Under the pieces are notes generated by a model. That model made no database searches. It was not told the DNA's origin and was given only the letters and a program-made list of their open reading frames with translations. Shown here piece after piece: positions 9,181-18,306 of a stretch of 64,000 bases of DNA (positions within the stretch are counted from its first letter, which is position 1; every line of letters starts with the position of its first letter). The stretch lies in the NCBI GenBank assembly GCA_030698565.1, contig JAUYJS010000008.1, positions 161,275-225,274 on the forward strand, written 5' to 3'. The DNA is from Candidatus Shapirobacteria bacterium. GTDB taxonomy: Bacteria > Patescibacteriota > Microgenomatia > UBA12405. The translations under genes and the position numbers were made by a program.

Positions 9181-10895
9181 GTTTAAAAAAAATATCAATT
9201 TATTTTTTAGCCTTAATTATTATTGTTGTTCCGTTCGTTTTATTATTCTCTCCAATAATTTTTAATTATAATAAAACTGCCAAAAATACCCATGTTATAG
9301 GAAAAGATTACTCATCACTCAGCCGTGAGGATATATATCAAAAAGTCAATTCCGATTTTGTCTTACCCCAAACCCTCACTCTCAAAACTCCCCAAAAAGA
9401 TTATAATTTTAATTTAGCCACAGTTTCAGCTCAAATCGATAGCCAAAAGCTAGCCAGTACGATTTTATATCGTCGGTTAAATCAGGGTATTTGGGCTTAC
9501 ATTAAATATTTCTTTTCCAATAAAAATTTTCCCTTAGAGATTTCTTATAATGCCGAAGCGTTTGACAAATATCTGGCTGACCTATCTTCCCAAATAAATC
9601 ACCCTTTTATTCCCAGTGAATTTCAGCTAAAAGAATCAACTTTAAATTATATTCCTGGACAATTAGGCCTAGAAATGTCTAGTGATGAATTAAAACAAAG
9701 AATTATAAACAGTTTATCTACCGGAGATTTTTCTTCCCCTATTGTTATACCTCATAAAAGTTCTGGTTATTTACCTACTGATAGTGAAATTTCTCAGACC
9801 AAATCAAGAGCCGAAAAACTAATTGGCAAGAATTTAGTATTAACAACTGAAAATACCAGTATTCCTATTGATAATAAAACTCTTATTTCTTGGTTGGATT
9901 TTCGAGACGATTATAACCAAAACGATCTAGAGGAGTTTAGTAAAAGCACTTCTGCCAGTTTAAAACGCGATCCGGTTAATGCAGTTTTTAAATTTGAAAA
10001 TGATAAAGTATTAGAGTTTAGACCTGCCGCAAATGGTATTGTTCCCCAAGAAAAAGAATTATCTGATTTAATTAAAACCTCAATTGATAAACTAATTTCT
10101 TCAGAAGAAAAGCAACTAACAGCCGTTGTTCCGGTTAAAACGGTTGAACCGGATGTCAGAACTCAAGACGCAAACAACTTAGGAATTAAAGATTTGTTAG
10201 GTAAGGGAGTATCAACTTTTAATCATTCCACTGCTATTCGTAATTTTAATGTAGAAAAAGGTGCTTCCATTGTAAACCGAATTTTAATAGCCCCTGGTGA
10301 AACCTTTTCTTTTATTAAGTCGCTCGGTGAGGTTAGTTTGGATAATGGTTATAAAAAGGCTTATATCATTCGTCAAGGAAAAACAGAATTGGATGTTGGT
10401 GGCGGAATTTGTCAGGTGTCAACCACTCTTTTTAGAGCCATGCTCAACTCCGGTTTAGATATTACCGACAGAAAAGCCCATGCTTATCGCGTCAGTTATT
10501 ATGAGGAAGACATGCTCCCGGGTTACGATGCTACCGTTTTTATTCCTAATCCTGATCTAAAATTTGTTAACGACACTGGTCATTATGTTTTAATTCAAAG
10601 CAATTACGAGGATCAGAATAAAAAATTAACTTATGAAATTTATGGTACTTCTGATGGGCGCAAAGTCGATATTTCTAATTATCGCCAATGGGATGCTCAG
10701 CCCGCCCCTCCCGATAAATACATCGATGACCCGACTCTACCACCCGGAAAAGTTGTTCAAGACGAGCATCGCGTTCCCGGCCTAAAAACCGCCTTCGATT
10801 GGAAAGTCATTTCTTTCGATGGCAAAATTTTGCATCAAAAAACTTTTCAATCCGTCTATGTTCCCTGGGCTGCAGTTTACCGGAGAGGAATCTAA
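9177..10895 (+). CDS. VanW family protein with peptidoglycan-binding region
   Basis: PGETFSF, GGGICQVSTTLFRA, DATVF..DLKFVNDT. Confidence 0.88.
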   Translation: MSLKKISIYFLALIIIVVPFVLLFSPIIFNYNKTAKNTHVIGKDYSSLSREDIYQKVNSDFVLPQTLTLKTPQKDYNFNLATVSAQIDSQKLASTILYRRLNQGIWAYIKYFFSNKNFPLEISYNAEAFDKYLADLSSQINHPFIPSEFQLKESTLNYIPGQLGLEMSSDELKQRIINSLSTGDFSSPIVIPHKSSGYLPTDSEISQTKSRAEKLIGKNLVLTTENTSIPIDNKTLISWLDFRDDYNQNDLEEFSKSTSASLKRDPVNAVFKFENDKVLEFRPAANGIVPQEKELSDLIKTSIDKLISSEEKQLTAVVPVKTVEPDVRTQDANNLGIKDLLGKGVSTFNHSTAIRNFNVEKGASIVNRILIAPGETFSFIKSLGEVSLDNGYKKAYIIRQGKTELDVGGGICQVSTTLFRAMLNSGLDITDRKAHAYRVSYYEEDMLPGYDATVFIPNPDLKFVNDTGHYVLIQSNYEDQNKKLTYEIYGTSDGRKVDISNYRQWDAQPAPPDKYIDDPTLPPGKVVQDEHRVPGLKTAFDWKVISFDGKILHQKTFQSVYVPWAAVYRRGI

Positions 10896-10903
10896 ATATT
10901 GTC

Positions 10904-10941
10904 TGTCATTGCGATCCCGCAACAGCGGGAGAAGCAATCTC
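10904..10941. repeat. REP-like element (TGTCATTGCGA...GAAGCAATCTC type)
   Basis: TGTCATTGCGATCCCGCAACAGCGGGAGAAGCAATCTC with nested stems, between convergent genes. Confidence 0.65.
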
Positions 10942-10972
10942 ATTTGATTTAACCGCTTTAATCCATTTTCTC

Positions 10973-11000
10973 GTAGAGACGCGCTGCAGCGCGTCTCTAC
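10973..11000. repeat. GTAG-type REP-like perfect palindrome
   Basis: GTAGAGACGCGCTGCAGCGCGTCTCTAC (28 nt); identical at 19344-19371; variant at 13173-13197. Confidence 0.85.
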
Positions 11001-11073
11001 AACCTGTTGTAATTTTTAATATAATCACACTCATACAATACGCCCCTACACAGACAAAAATATGTAAACAAAT

Positions 11074-12213
11074 TTATATTTCCGCTCTAGGCATTCTATC
11101 TAAATTCTCAATATCTTCCACAAACTCCAGTCTCAACGCTTTGTAGTATCCAACCACACCAATCATCGCCGCATTATCAGTATTCAATTCTTTTTTAAAC
11201 GGCATATAAATTGGTAAACTAAAATCTTTGGCCAATTTTCTTAACTTCTTTCTCAAATCTTTATTTGCCAAAACTCCGCCACTAGCTAATAGAGTTTTTG
11301 GTTTGAATTCTTTTATTGCCAATTTATATTTAATTAAAAGCGAGTCAAACACCGCTTCTTGAAAACTTGCCGCTAAATCAGCCAAATTAGCACTTATCTT
11401 TTCTTTTGGCCAATCTTTTATTTGGTAATAAAACGATGTTTTTAATCCAGAAAAAGAGTAATCAAAAGTCTTTTGTGTCGATAAAGGGCGGGGGAGTTTC
11501 ATCCAATCAATATCACCTTTAAGAGCCAATCTTTCAATTATTGGTCCACCCGGGTATCCTAATCCTAGCATTTTAGATGCTTTGTCCAAAGCTTCACCCG
11601 CCGCGTCGTCCAATGTCTCCCCGATCACAGTATATTTAGGGTTAAAGTCTCCCTTGTCAAACCCACGGTCCTCTTTAGAGGAGGGAGATTTAGAGGGATT
11701 TTTCATTAAAATTAATTTTGTATGTCCACCCGATACTGTTAAAACTAAAGCTGGAAACTCTATTTTTCTGTCTGGTTTATTTTGACTATTTTTAGCAAAA
11801 TTAGACAAAATATGTCCCTCAACGTGATTGACCGCAACTATTTTTTTATTATATTTTTGAGCCAATTCTTTGGCTCGATTGACACCAACACCTAAGGCAA
11901 TTGCCAATCCCGGTCCGATTGTCACCGCAATCACATCAATTTCTTTCATTCCATTTTCAATTATCATGGTTAATTTCTCCCTTTTATCAAAGGGAGATGT
12001 CCGAAGGACAGAGGGATTTGCCCTTTTCAAGGCTGTTGCAATCACCGCATCAATTCTTTCAGCGTGAGCCCTTTTAGCAATATCAGGAACAACCCCGCCC
12101 CATTTAGCATGTAAGTCTGTTTGAGAGGAAATTACATTTGAAAGAATCTTGTCATTTTCCAATACCGCCGCACAAGTATCATCACAACTAGTATCTATTG
12201 CCAATATTTTCAT
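11074..12213 (-). CDS. tsaD: tRNA N6-adenosine threonylcarbamoyltransferase TsaD with two palindrome-derived inserts
   Basis: ILAIDTSCDDT, GGVVPD, VNHVEGH, VSGGHT, DDAAGEALDK, FSGLKT, TDNAAMI. Confidence 0.95.
   Translation of the reverse strand: MKILAIDTSCDDTCAAVLENDKILSNVISSQTDLHAKWGGVVPDIAKRAHAERIDAVIATALKRANPSVLRTSPFDKREKLTMIIENGMKEIDVIAVTIGPGLAIALGVGVNRAKELAQKYNKKIVAVNHVEGHILSNFAKNSQNKPDRKIEFPALVLTVSGGHTKLILMKNPSKSPSSKEDRGFDKGDFNPKYTVIGETLDDAAGEALDKASKMLGLGYPGGPIIERLALKGDIDWMKLPRPLSTQKTFDYSFSGLKTSFYYQIKDWPKEKISANLADLAASFQEAVFDSLLIKYKLAIKEFKPKTLLASGGVLANKDLRKKLRKLAKDFSLPIYMPFKKELNTDNAAMIGVVGYYKALRLEFVEDIENLDRMPRAEI
11648..11700. repeat. CTCCC...GGGAG...GAGGGATTT element in frame in tsaD
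   Basis: encodes NPSKSPSSKEDRGFDKGD on the minus strand; shares ends with 11977, 13007, 13931, 16638 and 18254 copies. Confidence 0.7.
11977..12019. repeat. CTCCC...GGGAG...GAGGGATTT element in frame in tsaD
   Basis: CTCCCTTTTATCAAAGGGAGATGTCCGAAGGACAGAGGGATTT, encodes NPSVLRTSPFDKRE. Confidence 0.8.
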
Positions 12214-12233
12214 CGTTAAGTTTTATTTAAATA

Positions 12234-12791
12234 ATGTATTATAAATTTATGGATAGTAATTCTTTTTTATCTAAGCAAAATAAGATATTTTTAACTTCAG
12301 CAATAATTCTTGCAATTTTATCACTAATTGGTGGTGTTTGGCTTTTCCGTTCACTACAACAACCTCAAGTTTCAACTGCTGTTATTGAAGAACAACCAAT
12401 AATCACATCTATACCGACTCCAACTCCAACTCCAACATCTCTAATTGATTTCAATAGCATTGATGATAATTTCTCCGTTTCTTATAGCCCTGTCCGGAAA
12501 CTTTATCAAGATACTGAATCATCGGGTAATCGTTATACTTTTTACCTTTCTTCGGGTAACTTTGCTATCCATGCTGGCACGGACTGGTCCTGGTCATATC
12601 CCAATCGCACTTATACCACTGATTTTTTAATTAATAATCAGCCAACTTTCCGTTACGACATAAATACTCAAACCATTGTTGATGTTCAGTATAACGGCAA
12701 AAATTATACTATCCAATGTGTCCACAACGGCTCATCCGCTCTCAAATCCGAATGTGAACAATTCCTCAAGAGCTTTAAATTTCGTATTTAA
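12234..12791 (+). CDS. membrane-anchored protein with PT-rich linker (possibly PsbP-like)
   Basis: N-terminal TM, PTPTPTPT linker, C-terminal QFLKSFKF. Confidence 0.65.
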   Translation: MYYKFMDSNSFLSKQNKIFLTSAIILAILSLIGGVWLFRSLQQPQVSTAVIEEQPIITSIPTPTPTPTSLIDFNSIDDNFSVSYSPVRKLYQDTESSGNRYTFYLSSGNFAIHAGTDWSWSYPNRTYTTDFLINNQPTFRYDINTQTIVDVQYNGKNYTIQCVHNGSSALKSECEQFLKSFKFRI

Positions 12792-13911
12792 TCTCTCTGG
12801 TATTCTCGTCAATATATGCAAAATTAATCGGAAAGTAATGACTAATATTTTTCAGTTTTTTTAAATTTTCCTCGCCCATATTTTCCGACCACTCAACACA
12901 AGCAACGGTATTTGGTTCAAATAAATTTAAAAAATCAATTTCCTCAAATTCAAATGCATCCTTAATCCGGTAAAGATCAAAATGCAGAAATTTTTCTAGC
13001 CAGTTTCCCCCTTTCGTCAAAGGGGGATTAAGGGGGATTTCATATTCATTATAAATCACAAAAGTAGGGGAAGTAATTTTATCTTTAATTCCCAATATTT
13101 TACCGACTTGTCGGCTAAATACCGTTTTACCGCATCCCAAATCTCCGCTCAATCCAAAAATAATTGGCTTTTGTAGAGACGCATTGTATGCGTCTCTTAT
13201 ATTGTCATCCTGAACTTGTTTCAGGATCCTTTTCACCAAAAACTCTGCAACCTTTTCCGTTTCTTTTTCTGATTTGGAAATTAAAGTTTTAGCATTTCCG
13301 GAAATCAAATCACCTCGTCTCAAAATTTTTAATTCAGATTCTGTCGTATCAATAACCGTCGAAGGTAAATTATGAGGCAACTTTCCGGCATCGACCACCA
13401 AATCAATTATATTTTTTTTATATTCCGACAATGAATTTAAAAGACTTTGAATTGAGTAATTAGGGCTATTACCAGATATGTTTGCCGAGGTAGCCGTAAT
13501 CGGTTTTTTTAAAATTTTTATCAATTCATTTATATATTTATTATCAGGAATTCTCACTCCCAAAGTCCTATTTTCCGCCTCAATTCCCGACACTACTTTA
13601 TGTTTGCCTTTGCTCACAATAGTAAAAGGTCCGGGGAGTAAACTTTTATAAATTTCTTTAGCTTCGTCACTTAGTTCCACAAAATCAGTTGCCATTTTTT
13701 GATCCAAAACCGCAATCGAAATTGCTTTTCCTGTCGGTCGATTCTTAAACTCCAACAGCTTTTTAACTGCCGCCTCATTCATAGGATCAACAGCAGCAAT
13801 ATATACCGTATCCGATGGAAAAATTACTAATCCACCATTTTCGATAACCTTAGCTGTTTCCTTGATTATTTTCTCAAAACCAGAACCTAGTTTTATCCTC
13901 AATATTTTCAT
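12775..13911 (-). CDS. tsaC-tsaE: fused TsaC/Sua5 (threonylcarbamoyl-AMP synthase) and TsaE ATPase
   Basis: N-half FPSDTVY, LPGPFT, GVRIP, TATSANISG, PSTVID; C-half LSGDLGCGKT, ITSPTFV, HFDLYRI, CVEWSE. Confidence 0.9.
   Translation of the reverse strand: MKILRIKLGSGFEKIIKETAKVIENGGLVIFPSDTVYIAAVDPMNEAAVKKLLEFKNRPTGKAISIAVLDQKMATDFVELSDEAKEIYKSLLPGPFTIVSKGKHKVVSGIEAENRTLGVRIPDNKYINELIKILKKPITATSANISGNSPNYSIQSLLNSLSEYKKNIIDLVVDAGKLPHNLPSTVIDTTESELKILRRGDLISGNAKTLISKSEKETEKVAEFLVKRILKQVQDDNIRDAYNASLQKPIIFGLSGDLGCGKTVFSRQVGKILGIKDKITSPTFVIYNEYEIPLNPPLTKGGNWLEKFLHFDLYRIKDAFEFEEIDFLNLFEPNTVACVEWSENMGEENLKKLKNISHYFPINFAYIDENTREIKYEI
13007..13040. repeat. CCCCC...GGGGG...GGGGGATTT element in frame in the TsaE domain
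   Basis: CCCCCTTTCGTCAAAGGGGGATTAAGGGGGATTT encodes EIPLNPPLTKGG. Confidence 0.75.
13173..13228. repeat. two adjacent palindromic elements in frame in tsaC-tsaE
   Basis: GTAGAGACGCATTGTATGCGTCTCT (13173-13197, RDAYNASLQ) and TGTCATCCTGAACTTGTTTCAGGATC (13203-13228, ILKQVQDD). Confidence 0.75.
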
Positions 13912-13926
13912 TATTATTATTATTAT

Positions 13927-14595
13927 TTATCTCCCTTTTTCAAAGGGAGAAGCGGCGTTAGCCGAGAGGGATTTTTTTAACCACTCATTAATTTCTTCAT
14001 GCCAAATTTTATATTTGATTTTTAATTCCGTCACATCAGGCACTCCAAATTTTTTCTTAAATCTTTCAAGTATGATTCCATAACTACTATTTATATTATT
14101 TAACTCGTTTTTTGTTTCTTCAAAACTATTAAATCCCGGATGGCCTTTGGAATGAAAATTATCAACATAAGCAATTATTTCTTCCTCTAAACTAATCGGA
14201 ATATAATCATGTTTTTCTAATGGCAAATTCTCCTTTTCTATTTGCTCCTTATCTATACCCACCCCTGTATGACTTATGGCAAATCTTGCCACCTTTTCAG
14301 CGAATCCAAATTTTTTTAAAAAATCATAACCTAATTGTCCGTGAGTAATATATTTTACTTTTAATTTATAACTCTCATCAAAACATTTATAGTAACCCAA
14401 ATCATGAACCAAAGCTCCTAAACTTAACAATTCTTTATCTATTTTTATTTCGTATTTCTTTTCCAAATCAGTAGCGATATTCAAAGCAATTTCCTCCACA
14501 ATCAAACTATGGTTCCAACAAATTTCTAAAATTTTTTCTTTATATTTTCCGCTAGCTAAATTTTTGTGAAGTTGATATATTTTTTCTCTTTTCAT
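13927..14595 (-). CDS. HD-domain (HDIG-like) metal-dependent phosphohydrolase
   Basis: HSLIV, GALVHDLG, THGQLG, SHTGVG, EEEIIAYVD. Confidence 0.88.
   Translation of the reverse strand: MKREKIYQLHKNLASGKYKEKILEICWNHSLIVEEIALNIATDLEKKYEIKIDKELLSLGALVHDLGYYKCFDESYKLKVKYITHGQLGYDFLKKFGFAEKVARFAISHTGVGIDKEQIEKENLPLEKHDYIPISLEEEIIAYVDNFHSKGHPGFNSFEETKNELNNINSSYGIILERFKKKFGVPDVTELKIKYKIWHEEINEWLKKSLSANAASPFEKGR
13931..13974. repeat. CTCCC...GGGAG...GAGGGATTT element forming the HD protein C-terminus
   Basis: CTCCCTTTTTCAAAGGGAGAAGCGGCGTTAGCCGAGAGGGATTT. Confidence 0.8.
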
Positions 14596-14654
14596 AAAAA
14601 GAATTATAACTTATAGTCGAAATTTTAGCTTTATTTTCATGCTAAAATAATCGC

Positions 14655-17012
14655 ATGGATAAAGCGTATACCCCAAAAGACGAGGAGAAAATTTACAAGT
14701 CATGGGTAGATGCGGGTATATTCACTCCCAAAGTCCCCAAAGATCCGATTAAAGCTAGGGCAAAAAAAGAACCATTTACTATTATTTTGCCACCACCGAA
14801 TGCCAACAATCCGCTTCACGCCGGCCATGCTCTTTTCATCGTTGAAGATATTATGGTGCGATTTCATCGCATGCTTGGCGACCCCACTCTTTGGTTGCCA
14901 GGCACTGATCATGCCGGTATTGAAACCCAATTTGTTTTTGAAAAACAATTGCAAAAAGAAGGCAAGTCACGTTTTGATTTTGACCGCGACACATTATTTA
15001 AAATGATTTTTGATTACGTAACCAAGAATCGCGATGTTGCTAAAAATCAAATGAAACGATTAGGCTTTTCACTTGATTGGACTCGGGAAAAATTTACTTT
15101 GGACGAAGATCACATTAAACGTATTTACGCTGTTTTTCGGCGAATGGTTGACGAAGATTTGGTTTATCGTGATGAAAAAATCGTTAATTACTGTACTTTT
15201 TGTGGTACTGCCTTTTCCAATTTGGAAGTTATCCACAAAACCGTCGATTCTCATCTTTGGTATTTGAAATATCCAGTAGTAGGCGAAAAAGACAGATTTG
15301 TAACAGTAGCGACTACCCGACCGGAAACCATGCTTGGTGATACAGCCGTGGCTGTTAATCCTAAAGATCCAAAGTATCAGGATTTAAAAAATAAAAAATT
15401 ATTATTACCTTTGGCCGACCGGGAAATTCCTATTATTTTTGATGATTCAATTGATATGGAATTTGGCACAGGTGCTGTCAAAGTTACCCCGTCCCATTCA
15501 GCCGAAGACTACGATTTGGCCAAAAAGCATGATTTGCCTTTTATACGCATTTTTGATTACAACGGAAAGTCAAACGAACAAGTTCCTCAAAAATATCAAA
15601 ATTTGTATCCAAACCAAGTTCGACAATCGGTTGTGGATGACATGCAATCAATAGAATTGTTGGAAAAAACAGAAGATTATTCTCATGAAGTTGGCCATTG
15701 TTATCGCTGTGGGCGTCCAATTGAACCAATGACCGCACCTCAGTGGTTTGTCAAAATTAAACCTCTGTCTGACGAGGCTTCTAAAGCCGTCCAAAAAGAT
15801 GAAATTGTTTTTGTCCCAAAAAGATTCAAAAAAAGTTTTCTGACTTGGATGAAAGACATCAAAGATTGGCCTATTTCTAGACAGATAGTTTGGGGTCACC
15901 GAATTCCAGTCTGGTATGATTTAGCCCAAAATCTTCAAGCAAAAATTACTTTTATAAACAAAAAAGGCGAAGTAATTACTAACATCTGGTCTAAGTTGTC
16001 GTCAAATATTGAGACTGGTTTTTATTCATTTGAAGAAATTAAACAAGGTTTGCAGGTTTTATTGGTGCCAATCAATAAAAATGACCAAGGCGAAGTTGCC
16101 GGTGTTTATTATTCTGAAACCGAAGCGAATCAACATGGAAAATATATTCTCCAGGAAACCGATACTTTTGACACCTGGTTTTCTTCTGGCCAATGGCCTT
16201 ATTCAACTTTGGGTTGGGAACCGGATAGCAATCATTCCCCGGATTTTCTTTATTTTTACCCCACATCAGTTTTAGACACCATGTGGGATATCCTCTTCTT
16301 TTGGGTAGCCCGTATGGTTATTTTTGGTCTGTATGTAACCAAAGAAGTTCCATTTAAAGTTGCCCACATGCATTCGCGGGTAACAGACTCCAAGGGTCAA
16401 AAAATGAGTAAATCCAAAGGCAATGTCATTGATCCAGTAACAATTGTCGATCAACATGGTGCCGATGCTCTTCGCATGGCTTTAGTTTTTGGTATTGCCC
16501 CGGGTTCTGATGTAGCCATTTCCGATGACAAAATCCGAGCTCAAAGAAATTTTGTCAACAAAATTTGGAATGCCTCCCGTTTTATCGACATGCTCATCGA
16601 CCGCCTAAAAGAAAAAAATCCAGCTATTGATATTAGTCTCCCCTTTATCAAGGGGAGAGACGGCGAAGCCGAGAGGGGTTTAGTCGATCAAGAAATTCTC
16701 ACCCAACTCAACAAAATCATTCAATCAACTACCAAAAACATAAATAAATACCATTTTGGCCAGGCTTCTGAAGATCTTTATCATTTCTTTTGGAATCAAT
16801 TTTGCGACATTTATATTGAAAAAGCCAAGGACAGAGGGGAAGATGTTGTTCCAGTATTACTAACAGTTTTATTAAACAGCCTAAAATTATTACATCCATT
16901 TATGCCTTTTGTTACCGAAAATATCTTTCAATATTTCAAACAGAAATATCCAAATTTTTCTTCCGAAGAATTTTTAGCTATTTCTTCCTGGCCAAAGCCT
17001 TATGAAGTTTAA
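14655..17012 (+). CDS. valS: valine--tRNA ligase (no C-terminal coiled coil)
   Basis: PPPNANNPLHAGH, GTDHAGIETQ, ATTRPET, WPISRQIVWGHRIP, DTWFSS, KMSKS. Confidence 0.96.
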   Translation: MDKAYTPKDEEKIYKSWVDAGIFTPKVPKDPIKARAKKEPFTIILPPPNANNPLHAGHALFIVEDIMVRFHRMLGDPTLWLPGTDHAGIETQFVFEKQLQKEGKSRFDFDRDTLFKMIFDYVTKNRDVAKNQMKRLGFSLDWTREKFTLDEDHIKRIYAVFRRMVDEDLVYRDEKIVNYCTFCGTAFSNLEVIHKTVDSHLWYLKYPVVGEKDRFVTVATTRPETMLGDTAVAVNPKDPKYQDLKNKKLLLPLADREIPIIFDDSIDMEFGTGAVKVTPSHSAEDYDLAKKHDLPFIRIFDYNGKSNEQVPQKYQNLYPNQVRQSVVDDMQSIELLEKTEDYSHEVGHCYRCGRPIEPMTAPQWFVKIKPLSDEASKAVQKDEIVFVPKRFKKSFLTWMKDIKDWPISRQIVWGHRIPVWYDLAQNLQAKITFINKKGEVITNIWSKLSSNIETGFYSFEEIKQGLQVLLVPINKNDQGEVAGVYYSETEANQHGKYILQETDTFDTWFSSGQWPYSTLGWEPDSNHSPDFLYFYPTSVLDTMWDILFFWVARMVIFGLYVTKEVPFKVAHMHSRVTDSKGQKMSKSKGNVIDPVTIVDQHGADALRMALVFGIAPGSDVAISDDKIRAQRNFVNKIWNASRFIDMLIDRLKEKNPAIDISLPFIKGRDGEAERGLVDQEILTQLNKIIQSTTKNINKYHFGQASEDLYHFFWNQFCDIYIEKAKDRGEDVVPVLLTVLLNSLKLLHPFMPFVTENIFQYFKQKYPNFSSEEFLAISSWPKPYEV
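16638..16681. repeat. CTCCCC...GGGGAG...GAGGGGTTT element in frame in valS
   Basis: CTCCCCTTTATCAAGGGGAGAGACGGCGAAGCCGAGAGGGGTTT encodes LPFIKGRDGEAERG. Confidence 0.8.
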
Positions 17013-17493
17013 AATACTAAAAACAACTGTTTTGTTATTTTTAGTATTACTTTTAACTGTTAATATCTATTTTTCTATATTCAAACACGATCCAATTTTA
17101 GAAGCCAAAAAGATGATGATTTCTTTATCGGCTGGCGACAGGTATTCTGGTCGGCTTAAACTTTGGTATTTATTGGCCAACAAAGGTGATTGGGGTAACG
17201 CAGCCAAGTTAGAATCAAATCTAGATTCGGTTGATATTGCAAATTACAAATCACTCTACCAGCCGGAAGAATTAAAAAAGAGAATGGATACATTAATTCA
17301 AAAACCTAATAAATCAGTTGAAGATTGGATGGAATTGGCAAAGCTTCAATTAAAATTTAATCAAACAGAGGCTGCAGACCTTTCAATCTCTCAAGCCCAC
17401 AAACTCGATCCAATCAGGGAAGATATTGAAAAACTTTATTTATCTTCTTTTTCAGCTGCTTCTTTTGCGGCTAGTTCTTCTTCGGTTTTTTGA
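17002..17493 (+). CDS. membrane-anchored TPR-like protein
   Basis: N-terminal TM; WMELAKLQLK..A....SQAHKLDP TPR-like pattern. Confidence 0.6.
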   Translation: MKFKILKTTVLLFLVLLLTVNIYFSIFKHDPILEAKKMMISLSAGDRYSGRLKLWYLLANKGDWGNAAKLESNLDSVDIANYKSLYQPEELKKRMDTLIQKPNKSVEDWMELAKLQLKFNQTEAADLSISQAHKLDPIREDIEKLYLSSFSAASFAASSSSVF

Positions 17494-18107
17494 GCTGTTG
17501 CTGGAACTTCACCAGGAGTCACTTCTTCCGCAACTATAGGTTCTTCTTCAACTCTAGGTTCTTCAACTTTAATGATTACCTGAGTTGCATCATTTAAAAT
17601 TTCTACTTTAGTTCGGTCAACATCAAGATCAGCAACTGTTATTTGAGATTCCAAATTTTCCAATTTAGAAATATCAACAATAATACTTTCTGGTAAATCA
17701 GTTGGCAAAGCTTCAACTTCAACTTCATTAGCAGCTTCAACCAAAACATTTCCTTCTTTAACAGCAAATGATTCACCAATAAATTCGATCGGGATCATCG
17801 CAGTAATCTTTTCTTTTAAGTTAACCTTAAAACAATCAACGTGCAAAAGATTCCCATAAATAGCATGGAATTGTGGATTTCTAAATAAAATAGGAATTTT
17901 TTTATCATCGAGCATCAATTCAATCAAACCAGATTCTCCTACCTCATCGAAAACTGATTCTAATTCTTTGGCTGTAAATTGGACAGAAAGAGGACTAAAA
18001 TCTCGGCCGTAAACTGTGGCTGGTAAAAATCCCTCTCTTCTTAATTTTTTAACTTTTCGGCCTAAAACTGTTCTAATGGTTCCATTTAATTGAAGTTTGT
18101 CTTTCAT
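17436..18107 (-). CDS. rplY: 50S ribosomal protein L25/Ctc
   Basis: KKLRREGFLPATVYG, LLHVDCF, EVEALPTDLPESI, acidic tail. Confidence 0.93.
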   Translation of the reverse strand: MKDKLQLNGTIRTVLGRKVKKLRREGFLPATVYGRDFSPLSVQFTAKELESVFDEVGESGLIELMLDDKKIPILFRNPQFHAIYGNLLHVDCFKVNLKEKITAMIPIEFIGESFAVKEGNVLVEAANEVEVEALPTDLPESIIVDISKLENLESQITVADLDVDRTKVEILNDATQVIIKVEEPRVEEEPIVAEEVTPGEVPATAQKTEEELAAKEAAEKEDK

Positions 18108-18253
18108 TTTTTTTGGTTTTGCCTAATGCCCCTTCTCCTACAAATTCTGCTTTGCAGGATACCTGACTTCGGCTCAAATAAACTAAGGGGTATTATAACA
18201 TAACGGAAGAAGCAATCTAGCAATTTTATTGTTACAATTTATTAAATATTATA

Positions 18254-18300
18254 TTCCCCCTTTTCAAGGGGGAAATCCCGATTCATCGGGAAAGGGGTTT
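18254..18300. repeat. CCCCC...GGGGG...AGGGGTTT element just upstream of trpS
   Basis: TTCCCCCTTTTCAAGGGGGAAATCCCGATTCATCGGGAAAGGGGTTT. Confidence 0.75.
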
Positions 18301-18306
18301 AAAATT

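Noticed and set aside
10799-11146. 115-aa ORF spanning the vanW-tsaD gap
   Set aside because: Overlaps both real genes and reads through two palindromic repeats; likely spurious.
18121-18200. SRP RNA or L25 autoregulatory leader upstream of rplY
   Set aside because: Only one clear hairpin (TCCTGCAAA/TTTGTAGGA). The SRP helix-8 match is poor and the outer stem overlaps the predicted start site.
18229-18306. TrpS N-terminal extension or T-box/attenuator leader
   Set aside because: The segment is a copy of the dispersed palindrome family, with no T-box motif or Trp-codon leader.
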